Both the position numbers and the translations under genes were made by a program. This document shows positions 45,457-52,632 of a DNA stretch of 52,632 nucleotides, piece by piece. Under the pieces are notes generated by a model. That model did no database searches and was not told the DNA's origin. It worked only from the letters and a program-made list of their open reading frames with translations. Within the stretch, counting starts at the first letter, position 1, and each line of letters opens with the position of its first letter. This DNA is from a virus (lineage: Duplodnaviria; Caudoviricetes): positions 1-52,632 of the IMG/VR virus record IMGVR_UViG_3300021091_004136; one strand, 5' to 3'.

Positions 45457-45858
45457 TTAGTTGATTGTAATAAACTTAGATTTTTTATTTTCAGGTATAA
45501 CTTGTTCTAGATAAACATTTAGCATACCGTCTTTATATTCTGCATTTTTAATTTTAATATTATCTTGTATATATAAGCTCTTCTCAAAATTACGCATTGC
45601 TAATCCTCTATAAAGGTATTGTCTACCTTCTTGCTCCACTTTACGACCGCGGATTGTCAATGTGTTCTCATGAAGTTCTATAGTTAGCTCTTCCTTACTA
45701 AATCCAGCAACTGCTAACTCTACAAGCCAATTATCATCATTAATTTTTATTACGTTATGTGGTGGATAAGTTTTTGTATTAGTGCGTACATTATCTAGTT
45801 GATTAAAGATTCTATCGAATCCAATAAGTGCATGATTAACTAAATCTAATTGCGTCAT
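45457..45858 (-). CDS. Small heat-shock protein (Hsp20, IbpA-like)
   Basis: IGFDRIF, YPPHNV, VELAVAGF, YLYRGLA.R.F and A.Y.DGML motifs. Confidence 0.93.
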   Translation of the reverse strand: MTQLDLVNHALIGFDRIFNQLDNVRTNTKTYPPHNVIKINDDNWLVELAVAGFSKEELTIELHENTLTIRGRKVEQEGRQYLYRGLAMRNFEKSLYIQDNIKIKNAEYKDGMLNVYLEQVIPENKKSKFITIN

Positions 45859-45861
45859 ATT

Positions 45862-45922
45862 ATCTCCTTAAATTCAAGCAAGATTTAGAATCCGAGAAAT
45901 ATTTTACTAGCCTTACCTCGGA
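45862..45922 (-). promoter_or_regulatory. ROSE-type RNA thermometer in the hsp20 leader
   Basis: AUCUUGCUU pairs with AAGGAGAU (the SD) with a bulged G; upstream UCCGAG/CUCGGA stem. Confidence 0.75.
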
Positions 45923-46321
45923 CTGCTAGCCTCTGAATTACTTTTTTTGAGAAACCCTCAGTAAAGGGATTTTTAATCTCAGCATCTAGTTATATAAATA
46001 CTATTACTGTAGCTATTTTTTTAAACTAGATTTTGACAGGTTGAGTTGTTTTATTATACGTAGTCAACGGCCTAACACTACGTTAATTTGTTAAAAATAA
46101 ATATACAACTAATAATATAAATAAAATTGTTGGTACAGTCCAACTTATTAACCAACCTAGATAAATAGATAAAAGTACCCAACTAAAATGATAAACATTA
46201 AAGAACACCGAATTTGAGATTAAATTAAACAATTTAGAACGTAATTCTGATATTGGCCCCAACTGCTATTTCCTCAAAATTGAAAATCGAAATATTAGTA
46301 TAACCGATTTAATAATTTTTT

Positions 46322-46516
46322 TCAAGCAAGATTTTTTCGTGGTTTAAGCAAAGCGCCACAATCTTTTACGTATTTGATTTCGCGAATTACATCATAACTA
46401 ATTTCTTTAGCTAGTGGGCTAAATGGGTAACGCCTGCAGTAATCTTCATATACAGGTAATAGTGTATTAGCTATGAGATTTTCTAGTTCTGCTGTGTAAT
46501 TCACAATTTTAGACAT
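46322..46516 (-). CDS. Hypothetical protein
   Basis: GGAGGA RBS downstream of the promoter. Confidence 0.7.
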   Translation of the reverse strand: MSKIVNYTAELENLIANTLLPVYEDYCRRYPFSPLAKEISYDVIREIKYVKDCGALLKPRKNLA

Positions 46517-46536
46517 AGTGTTCCTCCATCTACTAT

Positions 46537-46565
46537 ATTATAGCAGCTTGGCAAACATTTGTCTA
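46537..46565 (-). promoter_or_regulatory. sigma70-type promoter (leftward of the divergent pair)
   Basis: TAGACA-17 bp-TATAAT with TG extension. Confidence 0.75.
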
Positions 46566-46609
46566 GCACAATTTTTTGTGTGTTGTTGTTAACCATGAAA
46601 TATTTCTAC

Positions 46610-46638
46610 TTGAAGTTTTTTAGTTAAACGGTTATAAT
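46610..46638 (+). promoter_or_regulatory. sigma70-type promoter (rightward of the divergent pair)
   Basis: TTGAAG-17 bp-TATAAT. Confidence 0.7.
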
Positions 46639-46675
46639 ATAAGTATTATAAACTTTATTATATAAATAAACTAAA

Positions 46676-47158
46676 ATGAACATTGCTCAGCTAATAATAA
46701 CTGCAGCTATTGTTCCTATTTTGTTTTTTCCTAATCCATCAATAACAAGTCAAAAATTACAAATAAATTATAAATATGTTATACCATACACTAACCAAGA
46801 CTTACAATGTTTAGCTAAAAATATATACTTTGAAGCCCGTGGAGAAAACACGCAAGGAAAATTAGCCGTAGCTCAAGTTACCTTAAACCGTGTAATTTAC
46901 TCAGGAGATTCTCGCTCGACTATTTGTGGTATAGTCTACCAAAAAAATCAATTTAGCTGGACTAAGTTGCCTAGATTAAAAATTAAAAATTTACAACAGT
47001 GGGAGGAGTCACTACATATAGCTAACGGTATTCTTGCAGGTAAGCTATTTTTAGCAAACTTCGATGCGCTTTACTTTCACTCAAGTTATGTTAAACCACA
47101 ATGGAGAGTAACTAAACAGTACATACGTACAATAGGCAAACACATATTTTATTTATAG
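46676..47158 (+). CDS. SleB/Hydrolase_2 family cell wall hydrolase
   Basis: CLAKNIYFEARGE...AVAQVTLNRV, IC.IVYQKNQFSW, ALYFH and IGKHIFY motifs. Confidence 0.92.
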   Translation: MNIAQLIITAAIVPILFFPNPSITSQKLQINYKYVIPYTNQDLQCLAKNIYFEARGENTQGKLAVAQVTLNRVIYSGDSRSTICGIVYQKNQFSWTKLPRLKIKNLQQWEESLHIANGILAGKLFLANFDALYFHSSYVKPQWRVTKQYIRTIGKHIFYL

Positions 47159-47188
47159 TTTTGTGGGGTAGCTAGCTAAAATACAGGC

Positions 47189-47217
47189 TTGCTACCCCTT
47201 TGCATTTCTGATATAAT
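47189..47217 (+). promoter_or_regulatory. sigma70-type promoter for the thyX operon
   Basis: TTGCTA-17 bp-TATAAT. Confidence 0.7.
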
Positions 47218-47246
47218 ATAAACACCATAATAAAATTAGAGTAAAA

Positions 47247-47924
47247 ATGAATACAGCACACATTTGGTGGTCAACACCAGACATAGATAAAAACATTGCA
47301 CAAATTGCACGCGTAAGTAATCCAGAAAACCAAATGAGCGATAACTATACAGGATTACTTCGTTATATGATTAGAGAGGGTCATGTTAGTCCATTTGAAA
47401 TGGTTAATGTTTGTATGGAAATTAATACAACACGTGATATTGCTCGTCAAATACTACGCCATAGGTCGTTTAGTTTTCAGGAGTTTTCGCAGCGCTATCA
47501 AACGGTTGAAAAATTGGGTCAGCTAAACACAATGCGCGAGCCGCGTCGTCAAGATAAGCAAAACCGTCAAAATAGTATAGCCCTAGATTATCTCAAAGAA
47601 GAGGATCGAATACTAGGCTCGCAGTGGGAATATAGATTAAATACTATAGCTGAAGATGCACAGCGGCATTATGAGTGGGCTTTGAATGTAGGTATTGCTA
47701 AAGAACAAGCTAGAGCAATACTACCAGAAGGTTTAACTCCTAGTCGTATGTATATGAATGGTACGCTAAGAAGTTGGGTATTTTACTTAAAGCAGCGACT
47801 ACATGTAAGCACACAAAAGGAACATAGAACAGTAGCTAAATGTGCTTATAATGAACTGTGCCATGTTGCGCCAATTACTATGAATGCATTTTTTGGAGTA
47901 GAAAATGTTACAGATAACAGATAA
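47247..47924 (+). CDS. thyX: FAD-dependent thymidylate synthase
   Basis: [33 protein letters not shown] and TQKEH motifs. Confidence 0.95.
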   Translation: MNTAHIWWSTPDIDKNIAQIARVSNPENQMSDNYTGLLRYMIREGHVSPFEMVNVCMEINTTRDIARQILRHRSFSFQEFSQRYQTVEKLGQLNTMREPRRQDKQNRQNSIALDYLKEEDRILGSQWEYRLNTIAEDAQRHYEWALNVGIAKEQARAILPEGLTPSRMYMNGTLRSWVFYLKQRLHVSTQKEHRTVAKCAYNELCHVAPITMNAFFGVENVTDNR

Positions 47925-48225
47925 AGCTTACAAGCAAATAGAATCAGTCATGGTAGAAGAAAATACTACCGATGCTTTAAGAGTATTTGTACAGGGTGGA
48001 GGTTGTTCGGGTTTCAATTATGGCTTTACATTTGATGAGAAACAAGAAGAAGATGATTTTGTCATGGAAAAAAACGGCATTCGAGTACTGGTAGATGCCA
48101 TGAGTATGACCTATCTAGAAGGTGCAGAGATTGATTTTAAAAAGGATTTTACATCATCTCAATTCGTAATTAAAAATCCAAATGCAAAAAGTACATGTGG
48201 GTGCGGTTCATCATTTTCAGCATAG
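47905..48225 (+). CDS. erpA: A-type Fe-S carrier (ErpA/IscA family)
   Basis: [29 protein letters not shown] and [14 protein letters not shown] motifs. Confidence 0.92.
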   Translation: MLQITDKAYKQIESVMVEENTTDALRVFVQGGGCSGFNYGFTFDEKQEEDDFVMEKNGIRVLVDAMSMTYLEGAEIDFKKDFTSSQFVIKNPNAKSTCGCGSSFSA

Positions 48226-48234
48226 AGATAATAT

Positions 48235-48930
48235 ATGGAATTTACAAATACATTTTCATTACCAAATTATAATAAATCAGCAACTGAAATCAATACTGCT
48301 ATGGCGGGCGTCTATAAACATATGGGCTTAGCAGTATTAGTTAGTATGTTAGTATCATTTAGTATTAGTAGTGTGCCAGCATTAATGATGTTTTTATTTA
48401 CAGGTTGGTTAAAATGGGTTGTAATATTTTTACCTATAATTGCTGTTATAGGTATATCAGTTGCACTAAATAAAAATCCACCAAAAGAATTAGCACAATT
48501 AATGTTACTAGGATTTGCTGTTATTATGGGCATGAGTTTTGCTACTATATTTGCAGTATATAATTTTAGTAGCATATTTACTGCTTTTTTTGGAGCAAGT
48601 ATATTATTTGGAACAATGAGTTTTTATGGTTACTTTACTAAAAGAAGTCTGGATAGTATTGGTAAGTTTATGTTTGTTGGGGTTATTGCTATTATTATTG
48701 CTTCCATTGCTAATTTATTTATTGGTAGTAGCCCTCTTGGTATGGTTATTAGTACACTTGCTATCATCATTTTTACGGTTTTAACTGCATATGACACACA
48801 AAAAATTCGTGAAATGATAATGTATGGTGATGAAAAAAATGTAGAAGTTGTAGGTGCTTTAACGTTGTACCTTGATTTCATAAATATTTTCTTAAGCTTG
48901 CTACAATTAACTGGAGATAAAAAGGAATAA
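48235..48930 (+). CDS. Bax inhibitor-1/YccA family membrane protein
   Basis: Seven TM helices; VY..M.L, YGY.TK..L, AYDTQKI and GAL.LYLDFINIFL.LL motifs. Confidence 0.92.
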   Translation: MEFTNTFSLPNYNKSATEINTAMAGVYKHMGLAVLVSMLVSFSISSVPALMMFLFTGWLKWVVIFLPIIAVIGISVALNKNPPKELAQLMLLGFAVIMGMSFATIFAVYNFSSIFTAFFGASILFGTMSFYGYFTKRSLDSIGKFMFVGVIAIIIASIANLFIGSSPLGMVISTLAIIIFTVLTAYDTQKIREMIMYGDEKNVEVVGALTLYLDFINIFLSLLQLTGDKKE

Positions 48931-48933
48931 TAT

Positions 48934-49242
48934 ATGAAAACAATCATAGCTGCTCTTGCTATCAGTTTTAGCACTCTGGCTATAGCAGGTCCGTATCATA
49001 GACATCATCACAGACATTGGGCCCCTCCTGTACATCATTGGCATTATAATCATGGTTGGATTGTTCCTGCCTTAATAGGTGGCACTATAGTTTATGCTGC
49101 TACTCGTCCTGACCCTGTTATCGTTCAACAACCACAATCAGTAGTAGTTACAAATCAATATATGGTAATTGATGGCATAACTTATCGAAGAGAACTGATG
49201 ATTATCAATGGTATTTCTCAAGAAGTTTGGGTGAAGCAATAA
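48934..49242 (+). CDS. Exported His-rich hypothetical protein
   Basis: Signal peptide, His-rich stretch and WIVPALIGG.IVY. Confidence 0.65.
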   Translation: MKTIIAALAISFSTLAIAGPYHRHHHRHWAPPVHHWHYNHGWIVPALIGGTIVYAATRPDPVIVQQPQSVVVTNQYMVIDGITYRRELMIINGISQEVWVKQ

Positions 49243-49625
49243 TGAGTTATTCAGCAAAAGTAATTGATCACTACGAAAATCCTCGCAATGTAGGTAGTTT
49301 CGCCAAAGAAATAAAAAGAATAGGCACTGGCATGGTTGGAGCTCCTGCATGTGGTGATGTTATGAAGTTGCAAATACAAGTTGATGAAAATAATATTATT
49401 ACAGACGCAAAGTTTAAAACATATGGCTGTGGTAGTGCAATTGCTAGTAGTAGTTTGATTACTGAATGGGTTAAAGGGAAAACACTAGATCAAGCGTCTA
49501 CAATTAAAAATACACATATCGCAGAAGAACTTGCACTTCCACCAGTTAAAATTCATTGTAGTATATTAGCTGAGGATGCAATAAAAGCTGCTATTGCCGA
49601 TTTTAAAACAAAACATTATGTATGA
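49242..49625 (+). CDS. iscU: Fe-S cluster scaffold IscU
   Basis: MSYSAKVIDHYENPRNVG, GAPACGDVMKLQ, FKTYGCGSAIASSS and LPPVKIHCS motifs. Confidence 0.96.
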   Translation: MSYSAKVIDHYENPRNVGSFAKEIKRIGTGMVGAPACGDVMKLQIQVDENNIITDAKFKTYGCGSAIASSSLITEWVKGKTLDQASTIKNTHIAEELALPPVKIHCSILAEDAIKAAIADFKTKHYV

Positions 49626-49902
49626 ACTGTTTTCTAAAATACGAAACATAATTAGTCCAAAAATTCAAACTAATTATGTTTCTGAAATTACTAAGTTTAT
49701 TAATGAGCTTAAACAACAAGATCCTAATTTAGAAGCAAAGCAATTGTATGGACGAAATCTACTGTGGAATAAACCTCAAGAGTTAGATATTAATAATGAG
49801 TTCAATCAAGGACAAATAAAACAATCTTCTTATGTGTACTATTCGCTTCCAGATACAACAAAACCTGTTTATAACGTAGAAATTGATAAAGTATGGAAAT
49901 AA
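49618..49902 (+). CDS. DUF3460-like protein
   Basis: Y.SE.T.FI.ELK...P.LE..Q..GR.LLW.KP...Q..YVY. Confidence 0.7.
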   Translation: MYELFSKIRNIISPKIQTNYVSEITKFINELKQQDPNLEAKQLYGRNLLWNKPQELDINNEFNQGQIKQSSYVYYSLPDTTKPVYNVEIDKVWK

Positions 49903-50099
49903 GTGGATTTTTAGGTGTGTTTGAGCAACGAGTCCATATGTTACGTAAAAGGCTTAAAGCTGAGTTAGACAAAGACAAACCCAAACGCTGTAGAAAGACT
50001 CTTAAACAAATAATTAAAGACATAAAAGATTACGAGGATGTGTTAAAACAGCATCGTAAAAGTTCACAGCGTTGTCCTCATTGTGGAGAAAAGTTGTGA
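49893..50099 (+). CDS. Hypothetical protein with C-terminal CPHCG
   Basis: Coiled coil plus half a zinc ribbon. Confidence 0.65.
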   Translation: MEISGFLGVFEQRVHMLRKRLKAELDKDKPKRCRKTLKQIIKDIKDYEDVLKQHRKSSQRCPHCGEKL

Positions 50100-50806
50100 T
50101 AGAAATTATATATTTATTAGTAACTACTCATATAACAATTATTTGTGTAACTCTTTTTTTACATCGAGGATTAGCACATAGAGGTATAGTATTTCATCCA
50201 TACTTAAGCCACTTTATGAGATTTTGGTTATGGCTTACTACAAGTATGAATACTAAAGAATGGGTAGCTGTACATAGACGCCATCATAGATATGTTGATG
50301 AATCCTTAGATCCTCACTCTCCACGTATTTATGGTTTATGGCGTGTTGTATTTGCTGGAGCGTTTTTATATGATGCAGCTACACTAGATAAAAAAAGTAT
50401 AGTTCAATATGGGTCTGGAACTCCAGATGATTGGATAGAACATAACCTTTATAATAGGTATTCAATTCATGGAATATTATTACTATTGGTTTTTAATGTT
50501 TTGTTGTTTAATGGTTGGGGTATTGTTATATGGCTGGCTCAAATGGTATGGATTCCTTTTTGGGCAGCAGGAATTATTAATGGTGTTGGTCATTATTATG
50601 GTTATCGCAACTATAAAACTAGCGATACTAGCAAAAATATTGTTCCCTGGGGTATACTTATAGGTGGGGAAGAATTACATAACAATCATCATAATCAACC
50701 GGCTAGTCCTAAATTAAGTAACAAATGGTGGGAATTTGATCTAGGCTGGATATGGTTAAAATTATTAATAAGTTGTAAATTGGCTAGTGTTAGCTTTAAA
50801 GGATAA
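50096..50806 (+). CDS. Membrane fatty acid desaturase (delta-9/DesA-like)
   Basis: His boxes HRGLAH, HRRHH and HNNHH; DPHSP, INGVGH and WWEFDLGW motifs. Confidence 0.93.
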   Translation: MIEIIYLLVTTHITIICVTLFLHRGLAHRGIVFHPYLSHFMRFWLWLTTSMNTKEWVAVHRRHHRYVDESLDPHSPRIYGLWRVVFAGAFLYDAATLDKKSIVQYGSGTPDDWIEHNLYNRYSIHGILLLLVFNVLLFNGWGIVIWLAQMVWIPFWAAGIINGVGHYYGYRNYKTSDTSKNIVPWGILIGGEELHNNHHNQPASPKLSNKWWEFDLGWIWLKLLISCKLASVSFKG

Positions 50807-50809
50807 AAA

Positions 50810-50959
50810 ATGTATAAATATCAACTCTGGGTTCGTATTAACGAATATCAAACAGCAAATACTTATGTATGGGCAGACAACGATTATAATGCTAAAATGT
50901 TAGGTGAAGCACAGTACGGAGTTGGTAATGTACTAAGCTATACAAGGATATCTGAATGA
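50810..50959 (+). CDS. Hypothetical protein, 49 aa (not in ORF track)
   Basis: MYKYQLWVRINEYQTANTYVWADNDYNAKMLGEAQYGVGNVLSYTRISE*; AAGGA RBS; coupled to the next gene. Confidence 0.7.
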   Translation: MYKYQLWVRINEYQTANTYVWADNDYNAKMLGEAQYGVGNVLSYTRISE

Positions 50960-51339
50960 ACATAATATTATATACTACTGATTTTGAACCAATTACTGTT
51001 ATAGATCTTCCGCTTTGGTTATTAGAAACATTAGAACGCGAAGGCCAATTTAAAGTAGCTATAAAACGTCCAGTTACAGCAGATTTTATAGCTAAAGTAG
51101 CGGTTGGTTCTGTTACAGGCCCTGAAACAGTTACTATTGAGGCTAGACGCTTAACTTGGGATGATGGAACAACTAAACCTATTTATGTTACTAAGGATGA
51201 GGAGTTGGCTTTAATACTAAAACCTGAATGGTTGCCAGGTCAAAGACTACAAGTACAAAATCTTCAAACTGCTGTTACTTGGCTTGGTAATCAATTAAAA
51301 CATCAATTGCGTAAAAATAATCTTGACGGAAATGGTTAA
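50956..51339 (+). CDS. Hypothetical protein
   Basis: 127-aa ORF within the operon. Confidence 0.7.
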   Translation: MNIILYTTDFEPITVIDLPLWLLETLEREGQFKVAIKRPVTADFIAKVAVGSVTGPETVTIEARRLTWDDGTTKPIYVTKDEELALILKPEWLPGQRLQVQNLQTAVTWLGNQLKHQLRKNNLDGNG

Positions 51340-51351
51340 ACAATATATAAT
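51323..51351 (+). promoter_or_regulatory. sigma70-type promoter
   Basis: TTGACG-17 bp-TATAAT. Confidence 0.75.
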
Positions 51352-51377
51352 ATACTTTTATTCAGTCAAAGTACAAC

Positions 51378-51602
51378 ATGAAAAAATATCGCACCAATAA
51401 AATTCCCAAACTGCAGCCACCCCCAGGCCGTGAAACTCCACATATTCCAAGTCGTGACAGCGGCGTGGGTGTAGGAGCTAAACGTGCTAGTCCAATTTAT
51501 ACCGGCGGCAATATCATTGGCATTGGTACCTTACACAAATCAAATGCTGTGCCTATATTTAGCCAGCAAGAAGCCAAAGATATTAGTGCAATGCGGAGAT
51601 AA
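51378..51602 (+). CDS. Conserved phage hypothetical protein
   Basis: YTG..IIGIGTLHKSNAVPIF....A.DIS.MRR. Confidence 0.7.
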   Translation: MKKYRTNKIPKLQPPPGRETPHIPSRDSGVGVGAKRASPIYTGGNIIGIGTLHKSNAVPIFSQQEAKDISAMRR

Positions 51603-51603
51603 T

Positions 51604-51786
51604 ATGAAGCTAACAAGGAAACAGATTAACCAACTGGCTGAGATTGCAGACCACTTTCAAGAAGTTGAGTTATATGAGCTGTACGAAGAACATACAGGCA
51701 TTGGCCCCGTTGTAAAAGTAAAATTTTCACTTTTTGGTAAAACTAGTGATACTAGTGTGGATATAACTGACGTGGAGAGCTGGTAG
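51604..51786 (+). CDS. Hypothetical protein
   Basis: Start MKLTRKQ (GGAG RBS); ends DITDVESW. Confidence 0.65.
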   Translation: MKLTRKQINQLAEIADHFQEVELYELYEEHTGIGPVVKVKFSLFGKTSDTSVDITDVESW

Positions 51787-51989
51787 TGAATATACCTGTG
51801 CAAAAAAAATTTATTGAGTGGTTTTACCACAAACCGTTTCCTAGTTATGATAGCAAGCGCAACCGTAATGGATTTTTAGGCGAAATGTTGGACATGGATA
51901 AGGTTGACCGCAGCACCCTACAATACTGGGTGCAGGAAGCATTTCATAAAGGTGCAGAAGCACAGCGAGAGCTAGACAGTGAAAAGTAA
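51786..51989 (+). CDS. Hypothetical protein
   Basis: Coupled ORF. Confidence 0.6.
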   Translation: MNIPVQKKFIEWFYHKPFPSYDSKRNRNGFLGEMLDMDKVDRSTLQYWVQEAFHKGAEAQRELDSEK

Positions 51990-52293
51990 TCTTGAACAAA
52001 TGTGGGCAGGTATGCCTCCACCAGAGATAAACGCTAAACAAGATTTAGAAACCAAACTCTACAAGCTGGAGCAGGAGATCATGGAATTAAGACAACTTGT
52101 ATACAAACTAATACCACCAGTACAGCCAGTAAATCCTAGCACTTGGCGAAAAGGCTGTCAAGTATGTGGCATGATCGCTGAAAGCGCTATGGGCTATGTA
52201 TGCTCAAATTCTAATTGTCCTATTCGGATTACCAGTACAAAGATTGTAACGCACCCAGCCGCATATATCGACTTAGACAGAGAACAAGCATAA
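51979..52293 (+). CDS. Hypothetical protein with CxxC...CxxxxCP motif
   Basis: Coiled coil plus GCQVCG...MGYVCSNSNCP. Confidence 0.6.
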   Translation: MKSNLEQMWAGMPPPEINAKQDLETKLYKLEQEIMELRQLVYKLIPPVQPVNPSTWRKGCQVCGMIAESAMGYVCSNSNCPIRITSTKIVTHPAAYIDLDREQA

Positions 52294-52302
52294 GGAACTA
52301 AC

Positions 52303-52632
52303 GTGAAAGTAATTATTGGCCCTTACAACAACTGGTTTGGCCCCTATCAGCTAGCTGAACTGCTTTGCTTTTGGGCTAAGAAAGTACCTGATGAAGATGG
52401 TATCCTAGACAAGCCGCGTTGGGTACATAACTTTGGCGAGTGGCTTAGTGAACGCAAGGACGGCAGCAATACCTTGCTGCACAAATTCTTGTCGTGGATA
52501 GATAGTAAAAAGACTCGGCAGACTTATGTTAGGGTTGATAGCTGGGACACTTGGTCAATGGATCATACTCTTGCACACATTGTTGTGCCCATGCTCAAGC
52601 AGCTTAAAGCTACTAAGCATGGTGCTCCCACG
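52303..52632 (+). CDS. Conserved phage hypothetical protein, 3'-truncated
   Basis: GTG start with AAGGA RBS: MKVIIGPYNNWFGPYQLAELL...DSWDTWSMDHTLAHIVVPMLKQLKATKHGAP; open to the window end. Confidence 0.75.
   Translation, partial: MKVIIGPYNNWFGPYQLAELLCFWAKKVPDEDGILDKPRWVHNFGEWLSERKDGSNTLLHKFLSWIDSKKTRQTYVRVDSWDTWSMDHTLAHIVVPMLKQLKATKHGAPT

Noticed and set aside
46034-46061. Additional + strand promoter TTGACA...TATACG
   Set aside because: The spacer is 16 bp, the -10 is weak, and there is no downstream gene in that orientation.

Overview
A 52.6-kb, AT-rich fragment of a lytic T5-like (Demerecviridae-type) tailed phage. The host is probably an aquatic betaproteobacterium; this is an inference from the DUF3460-like gene, the IscU/ErpA sequences and the tmRNA tag. 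Left arm (+ strand, 1-15159): the 3' part of a giant LamG/SPRY tail-fibre gene, a lysis cassette (two spanins and a GH19 endolysin), a block of exported or membrane proteins that includes an Asn/Thr-rich repeat protein, and PhoH. Centre (- strand, 15191-46516): the T5-order replication block (D3, split NAD ligase, D5, helicase, primase, family A polymerase, D10-D15, dUTPase) ending in a class II RNR. Upstream of it lies an accessory region with speD, coq7, DoxX, a class II aldolase, dadA, uvsE, DUF5664, Hsp20 with a ROSE-type thermometer, four tRNAs, a circularly permuted two-piece tmRNA and an unassigned ~190-nt structured RNA candidate. Right arm (+ strand, 46676-52632): SleB-like hydrolase, thyX, erpA, BI-1/YccA, iscU, DUF3460, a fatty acid desaturase and small hypotheticals. 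Twelve near-consensus sigma70 promoters with 17-bp spacers punctuate the early regions. All family calls come from motif recognition by eye, not from database searches.
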